DNA of 64,000 nucleotides from a plasmid: sequence record NZ_CP014527.1; one strand, 5' to 3'. Shown piece by piece: positions 58,719 to 64,000 of this stretch (position 1 is its first letter; each line of letters starts with the position of its first letter). The notes under the pieces were generated by a model. It saw only the letters and a program-made list of their open reading frames with translations, ran no database searches and was not told where the DNA came from. The position numbers and the translations under genes were made by a program.

Positions 58719-59652
58719 TTGCAGGGGGACGCGGTGCCTTTTCCGCTTTCGCCGCAGAGCATTGACGCCATAGCTGAAGTCATCAGCGGCGGCGGTGGGA
58801 ACGACCCGACGCCGCCAATTGGAATCTATCGCAGCGGCCCCAAAATTGAAAAATTCATGCGCGCCTGCAACGTTGATTTTCGCGTGAGCGGTTCCCGCGT
58901 GCCGTCATTGGTCGATTGCTTTCTGGATATCAATCGGGGCTTCGAGCCTTCAGCGGTTTTCCCGAGGGTCATTGAGGCCGCTGCCGACCCCCGAGATTTT
59001 GCCCACAACCCTCCACGGCATACCGCTGTCCTCGAATATCTGAACAACGCGCTGCGCTATGACGGTTTTGAGCTTCAGCAGCAGGGCACCAAGGTCCGAA
59101 CTGGTGGTCGCGGGTCACTCCACACCAGTCATCGCAACGCTCTCAGGCGTTGCGGAGACCATCAGCTTTGACACAGTGAAGCTCGATCTTGAACGCGCCT
59201 TGGGCAGCATCGACTCCGATCCAGAGGACGCAATTACGGCGGCTTGTTCGACAATAGAAAGCGTGTGCCGCTCGATCTTGATCGAGTTGAGACAGCCGCT
59301 TCCGGCGAAGAAGGACGTTTCCGGGCTTTTCAATGCGGTTAAACAACCCTTGGCATTGAGCCCCGACCTGTCCGATTTGGACCCACAAATCGCCGCAGAT
59401 GTCAGAATGACCTTGGGCGGGCTTGCAACTGTCATCCAAGGTGTTGGAGCCCTGCGAACACACGCGGGCGATGCTCATGGTAGGGAGAGGGGCTACGCGC
59501 GCGTTGATGCGCGTATTGCGAGATTAGGCTCCAAACCCAATCAGGATATTGATCGTGGGCTGCAAATCAGATTCATACCCTTCAATCGGGAGGTTGGAGG
59601 GTATGAATGGCCCACCTGTTTTGGCTTTCGGACGCCCAATGGGCGGCGATAA
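58719..59652 (+). pseudogene. abortive-infection (Abi_C-domain-like) protein with a frameshift at about 59060-59170
   Basis: Two overlapping ORFs in frames 0 and 1. The C-terminal part (..LRTHAGDAHGRERGYARVDARIARLG..) resembles Abi C-terminal domains. It lies directly downstream of res. Confidence 0.45.
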
Positions 59653-60114
59653 AGCCGCATTTGCCCGGGAACCAACCGGGTGCGCTGCGTGTTGATGACC
59701 GGCGCGTGATCTCCGGGATCATCCATGTCCTGAAGACGGGATGCCGATGGTGCGATTGCCCGCCGGATTATGGCCCTTCGACGACGCTCTACAATCGCTT
59801 CAACCGTTGGTCTCGCAGGTGCTTCCGGGTGGGCCTGCTCGACGCCTTGGCGACATCGGGCGCTGTGACCAGGAGCACCGCGATCGAGAGCACCTATGTG
59901 AAAGCGCAGTGCTCCGCCCACGGCGAAAAAGGGGGGCGAAAGCGCAGGGCATCGGTCCATCGCGCGGCGATACCGAGACCGCCACCTGATCGAAAACGCC
60001 TTCTGTCGCATCAAGGACTTCCGCCGTGTCGCGACCCGCTACGACAAACGCGCCAGAAACTTCCTCTCTGCCGTCGCTCTCGCAACCCTCGTCGCATTCT
60101 GGATATGATTGAGC
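59525..60114. mobile_element. internally deleted IS5-family (IS427-group-like) element flanked by TTAG/CTAG
   Basis: The OrfA-like N-terminus (..LSDAQWAAIKPHLP..RVDDRRVISGIIHVLKTGCRWCDCPPDYGPSTTLYNRFNRWSRR..) is followed directly by C-terminal motifs in other frames (..IESTYVKAQCSAHGEKGG..; ..RDRHLIENAFCRIKDFRRVATRYDKRARNFLSAVALATLVAF). The catalytic core is missing. Terminal inverted repeats are taggctccaaacc and taggctcaatcat. Flanks are ttag and ctag. Confidence 0.55.
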
Positions 60115-60558
60115 CTAGAGCCTAGCATTCGAATGCCCTAATGCGAGTCGATAAAGCCACTCAGCACCACGGCGCATCCAGAATCGATCCCGTTTGCGAT
60201 CAATAAAAACCGTACCCAACCCGGTTATAGCGGCCACCATTGCAGGAACACCTGCCAGTCTTGCCATCAAACCACCATACAGGACGGGCTTGATGGTTAC
60301 CAAGTGAACAAGGTTAGGCCTTATCGTTCGCATCAGCCGATAAAGTCCCCACAAGGTTCTTAGTTCGGCAAACGGGTTGCGTCCACTACGGGAAATTGGC
60401 AAAAGGTGGTGCTGAAATCCCAAGTCGGCGACCTCCTTGCATGCCGGGCCTAAACCTGTAGCTATGTGAACCGTGATACCCGTAGCCCGTGCCGCAACCG
60501 CCAAGTGCAGCCGATGAGATAGAAAAAAATCAGGGGGAGTTAACGACAAAAAGAACAA
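60115..60558 (-). pseudogene. glycosyltransferase family 4 N-terminal fragment truncated by the IS remnant
   Basis: 147 aa (..NLVHLVTIKPVLYGGLMARLAGVPAMVAAITGLGTVF..) typical of the GT4 N-domain. The ORF ends exactly at the IS boundary (agcctag duplicated). Confidence 0.45.
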
Positions 60559-60608
60559 TCACAGACTTTGGTGAGTCCCTATGACTTTCGAAATCGGTAT
60601 TCAATGGG

Positions 60609-62561
60609 CTATTGTTTTCTCAACCACGCCTGAAACATCAGTACATCCCAAAGCAGATACTGCCAGTTCTGACCACCTGAAAGGTGCTGTTGCCATTTTT
60701 CCTGAATTGGAAGCGGATCAAAAAATCCTTCCGACTTCATCTGCACCGGATCGAGCAGGTCCTCGGCCCAATGACGCAGGGGGCCACGTAGCCAATTGTC
60801 GATCGGCACCCCGAACCCCATTTTCGGCCGCTCCAGCATCTGCCGGGGTACATGACGGTATAGGACCTGTTTGAGCAACCACTTAGCATCACCGTTTCGC
60901 ACCTTCATATTGAACGGCAGCGACCAAGCAAATTCAACTACCCGATGGTCCAGCATGGGCACGCGTGTTTCCAAACTCACACCCATCGCCGCACGATCCA
61001 CCTTGACCAGAATATCATCCGGCAAATAGCTGATGGAATCCAGTAGCATCATGCGCTCAACGAAGTTCTTCTGCGCCAGCCCCCCCGGCGGATCGGTCAG
61101 CACGGTAGGTGGCTCATACCCAAGGAGAACCACGGCAGCTGGATCCGGCCAATGAGAGACCAATTGCTTGTAGGCAGCGTCCTGTCCTTGCAAGCTCAGG
61201 ATTTTTGCGATCTTGTGCAACTTGTCGCCCGCATTCATATGCTGATAACGTCCCGGCAGGAACGGGGTCGCGATACTGGCCAGCGCAGACCAGACCTTCG
61301 GACTTAAGATTTTGATTCCATTCCCTAGTGCGCTTCTCAGTGGCAGGGGGATGCGGCTAGTTTTTTGCCATGCATCACCCGCGACGAAATAGCGGTTATA
61401 GCCACCGAAGAGCTCATCTCCTCCATCACCCGACAGGCTAACGGTTACATGTTTTTTCGCCAGTTGCGAGACTAGGAATGTCGGAATCTGCGAGGAGTCC
61501 GAGAACGGCTCGTCGTAGAGCTCCGGCAGCAGGGGAATCACATCGAGCGCCTGTTTGGGCGTAACGTAAAGCTCGGTGTGGTCCGTGCCAAGATGCTCCG
61601 CCACCCGTCTGGCATGCTTCGCCTCGTCATACCCTTCTTCGTGGAACCCGATGGAGAACGTGCTGACGGGCCGGCTGCTTTGCGCCTGCATCAGAGCAAC
61701 CACCGTCGACGAGTCTATTCCTCCCGACAGAAAGGCTCCCAACGGAACATCAGCCACCATCTGCCCGCTGATCGCTTCGCGCAAGCGCGCCTCCAGCGCA
61801 TCGACCGCATCTTCATCGCTGCCCTCGAACATATGCGTCTTCGCACGGCCGACTACATCCGGCAGCGTCCAATAGGTTCCGACGCGAGCATCCCTGCTCC
61901 TTTTGACCCGCAGATACTTGCCGGGCGGCAATTTGTGTACCCCCTGGTAAATGGAATAAGGTGCGGGAATATAGTTGTGCCGTAGCAAGAGGCATAGCGC
62001 GCCTCTGTCAATATCCGCCCGCCATGCCGGATGTGCACGCAGTGCCTTCAGTTCCGATCCGAAAAGAAAAGTGCCCCCCATGCGACCATAGTAAAGCGGC
62101 TTCTCGCCAATACGGTCTCGCGCTAGGTACAATGCCTGCTCCTGCTGATCCCATAGGGCAATCGCAAACATACCAACCAAGCGATCCAGCGTTGCGGTAA
62201 AACCCCAGCAACCTATCGCAGCAAGGATCACCTCTGTGTCCGAATGGCCGCGCCACCCGTGCACCATATCGACAAAGTAAGGTGTTGACTCAAGCTCCTT
62301 CCGGATCGTGCGGTAATTGTAGACCTCGCCGTTGAAAGCAATGACGTAGCGGCCGCATGCCGAAAGCATTGGCTGGTGTCCCGCAGGCGAGAGATCAAGG
62401 ATCGATAATCGCCTGTGACCCAGGGCAATCCCCTTGTCGGGCGCGCTCCAATAGCCATGATCGTCTGGACCGCGATGAAGAATCGCGTTTCCCATATTCT
62501 GCATATGAGAAAGCTCACTGGCGGAGTCATCCGACGCGAGAATACCGAATATTCCGCACAT
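60609..62561 (-). CDS. asnB: asparagine synthase (glutamine-hydrolysing), polysaccharide-cluster type
   Basis: 650 aa. N-terminal MCGIFGIL Ntn-amidotransferase motif, then a ..SGGIDSS.. PP-loop. Confidence 0.85.
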   Translation of the reverse strand: MCGIFGILASDDSASELSHMQNMGNAILHRGPDDHGYWSAPDKGIALGHRRLSILDLSPAGHQPMLSACGRYVIAFNGEVYNYRTIRKELESTPYFVDMVHGWRGHSDTEVILAAIGCWGFTATLDRLVGMFAIALWDQQEQALYLARDRIGEKPLYYGRMGGTFLFGSELKALRAHPAWRADIDRGALCLLLRHNYIPAPYSIYQGVHKLPPGKYLRVKRSRDARVGTYWTLPDVVGRAKTHMFEGSDEDAVDALEARLREAISGQMVADVPLGAFLSGGIDSSTVVALMQAQSSRPVSTFSIGFHEEGYDEAKHARRVAEHLGTDHTELYVTPKQALDVIPLLPELYDEPFSDSSQIPTFLVSQLAKKHVTVSLSGDGGDELFGGYNRYFVAGDAWQKTSRIPLPLRSALGNGIKILSPKVWSALASIATPFLPGRYQHMNAGDKLHKIAKILSLQGQDAAYKQLVSHWPDPAAVVLLGYEPPTVLTDPPGGLAQKNFVERMMLLDSISYLPDDILVKVDRAAMGVSLETRVPMLDHRVVEFAWSLPFNMKVRNGDAKWLLKQVLYRHVPRQMLERPKMGFGVPIDNWLRGPLRHWAEDLLDPVQMKSEGFFDPLPIQEKWQQHLSGGQNWQYLLWDVLMFQAWLRKQ

Positions 62562-62792
62562 AAGGAATCACACTTCCATCAAAAAATGTCTCTATCAACC
62601 ACTGGCTCGAAACAGCGCTTGCCGTCCCGAGTTCGGCTGCTGTCGAGCAACGAAGCATTCAGAATCTCCGCGACTGGGTTTGATCCCTCAGATACGGACT
62701 GCGTTACTGCGCAAGCAGCATTCTCGCTTTACATTTTTATGCCTCCTGTTTATTTCATTCACGCCCTTGATACCGGGCTCCAAGGATAGTGG

Positions 62793-63935
62793 TCACGCAC
62801 GCATGCTTCTGAATTCTTCATAGAGCGCCTCGTACCCATCCAAGCAGGCTTTCATCGAAAACTGCTCGATCACGCGTTGCCGACCCATCTTCCCCATTTC
62901 GCCCCTACCAGCATCCCCGGCTAGCTTCAGCAGGGCCGCGCCCAAATCTTGCGGAGCATGAGGAGGCACAACGTAACCCGTGACGCCGTCAACCACCGCC
63001 TCGGAGTTGCCCCCCACGTTGGTGACGACCATGGGAAGCCCTGCAAGCATGGCCTCCAGCACAGCATTGGAAAAACCTTCCTCATGTGAAGCGGATACCG
63101 CAACATTGGCCGCAGCGAGACAGTCGTTGATATCCATGCGCGCCCCCAGCCACCGCACGTTGGCGGCGATACCCAAGGTTTGCGCCTGATCCTGCAAAAT
63201 TGGCAATATGCCATCGTCGCGGCCGACACACAGCAAACACCAACTGTCGGGCAACTGCTGGTGGATAGCGGCAAGCGCGTGCAGTAAGTCCGAATGCCCC
63301 TTGTAGGGAATCAGGTTGGCGACGATCACGAAGACCAGCGCCGACGCATCTAGGCCCAACTCGAGCCTTATCCGTCCGCCATCCGCTCCCTGAGCCCACT
63401 GCGCATCGATGCCGTTGTAGATTAGCCGGACCGGCGCCTTGCCCTGCGACTCGGCTTCCAACTCACGGATCACGGCCAGCGAATTGCCCACCAGAAAATC
63501 CATCCGTGAATGCAGGAGGCGCTCCACCCTGCGGTAATGGGGACGCTTGAGCTGGTAGCGGTTAAGGCTGCGCCGGCTCATAATGCGTGGGCGAGCTCCG
63601 ACCAGGCACGCTGCGATTCCTCCCACGATATATGCCGCGGGGAGAAAGAAATGCACCACCGTCTTTCTATGCCACAGCAGAGTCCACATCAGCAACACCG
63701 CGCCCTGCACGTGTCGCAGCCACGCCGAAATGCGCTTGCCAAGCAACCTTTCCGGAAGCCCTCCCATCGGAGGACCAACTACCGCAACCCCTTCGGCATC
63801 TAGTGTTGCCAACAGGGGGCCGCTGCGCGACAAGGCAAATACGCTGGTATGCCACCCACGCCGGCGTAAACCGGCGGCAATGGCGACGACATGACGCTCC
63901 GCCCCTCCCACAGACAGTGAGCCTATGACGTACAT
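62793..63935 (-). CDS. glycosyltransferase family 4
   Basis: About 380 aa from MYVIGSLSVGGAERHVVAIAAGL.. with a C-terminal GT1/GT4 ..EGFSNAVLEAMLAGLPMVVTNVGG.. motif. Part of a polysaccharide biosynthesis cluster continuing beyond the window. Confidence 0.75.
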   Translation of the reverse strand: MYVIGSLSVGGAERHVVAIAAGLRRRGWHTSVFALSRSGPLLATLDAEGVAVVGPPMGGLPERLLGKRISAWLRHVQGAVLLMWTLLWHRKTVVHFFLPAAYIVGGIAACLVGARPRIMSRRSLNRYQLKRPHYRRVERLLHSRMDFLVGNSLAVIRELEAESQGKAPVRLIYNGIDAQWAQGADGGRIRLELGLDASALVFVIVANLIPYKGHSDLLHALAAIHQQLPDSWCLLCVGRDDGILPILQDQAQTLGIAANVRWLGARMDINDCLAAANVAVSASHEEGFSNAVLEAMLAGLPMVVTNVGGNSEAVVDGVTGYVVPPHAPQDLGAALLKLAGDAGRGEMGKMGRQRVIEQFSMKACLDGYEALYEEFRSMRA

Positions 63936-64000
63936 GATGCGGACAGATTCCCGACATCCAGATTCCGATCTCGACAACATCACTATGCAATCACTCCGAA

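Noticed and set aside
1..64000. Hypothesis that TAG is reassigned to a sense codon in this organism (to explain multiple in-frame ambers)
   Set aside because: TAG cleanly terminates cas2 (23680-23682), paralogue A (50721-50723) and the giant exoprotein (43407-43409). One in-frame stop is TGA (parA), and frameshifts co-occur. Nonsense mutation or assembly error is the simpler explanation, and I kept only a readthrough caveat.

Overview
High-GC (about 60%) bacterial DNA, probably alphaproteobacterial, with the character of a mosaic accessory region. Protein families suggest Acetobacteraceae or Rhizobiales, but that is an inference; I ran no search.

Layout, in order:
1. 1-12.5 kb: P2-like myovirus tail module with no head or packaging genes nearby. 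It runs D, X, U, tape measure, E, tube, sheath on the minus strand. An IS5-family insertion follows. Then on the plus strand come a Mor-like regulator, an M15 endolysin, a holin-like gene, baseplate V, a PAAR-like protein, W, J, I, and a collapsed tail-fiber gene. The arrangement is tailocin-like or a defective prophage.
2. 13.1-20.8 kb: two-partner-secretion locus (tpsB plus a 1825-aa TpsA/CdiA-like exoprotein). It is visibly degraded.
3. 21.4-21.8, 40.5-40.7 and 52.8-53.2 kb: three copies of a previously unremarked repeat element that carries three consecutive perfect palindromes.
4. 22.5-29.5 kb: plasmid-backbone remnant (truncated repA; parG-parA with an in-frame TGA) that carries a complete type II-C CRISPR-Cas locus. 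This is a 7-repeat array, cas2, cas1, a 1061-aa cas9 and a divergent tracrRNA.
5. 29.8-36.5 kb: two tandem RTX-type type-I-secretion substrate genes. One is giant and frame-broken; the other is 396 aa. Each is followed by a near-identical terminator.
6. 36.8-40.0 kb: a second partition module plus a large serine recombinase.
7. 41.0-41.8 kb: TacA/TacT-like RHH-GNAT toxin-antitoxin pair with a recognisable promoter and operator.
8. 41.9-43.0 kb: isolated HK97-type capsid gene remnant.
9. 43.4-51.4 kb: minus-strand operon of two paralogous secreted proteins, a membrane-anchored protein and a roughly 1740-aa calcium-binding exoprotein whose 3' part is a low-GC cassette.
10. 53.7-59.7 kb: defence cluster (RHH protein, Type III mod and res, a frameshifted Abi gene).
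11. 59.5-64 kb: internally deleted IS427-like element cutting a glycosyltransferase gene, followed by asnB and a GT4 gene of a polysaccharide cluster.

The most striking global property is a very high density of gene-inactivating lesions. At least a dozen sit in mobile, secretion and defence genes. They include in-frame TAG or TGA codons at conserved Trp positions, single-base frameshifts and homopolymer tracts. The core-like and CRISPR-Cas genes are intact.
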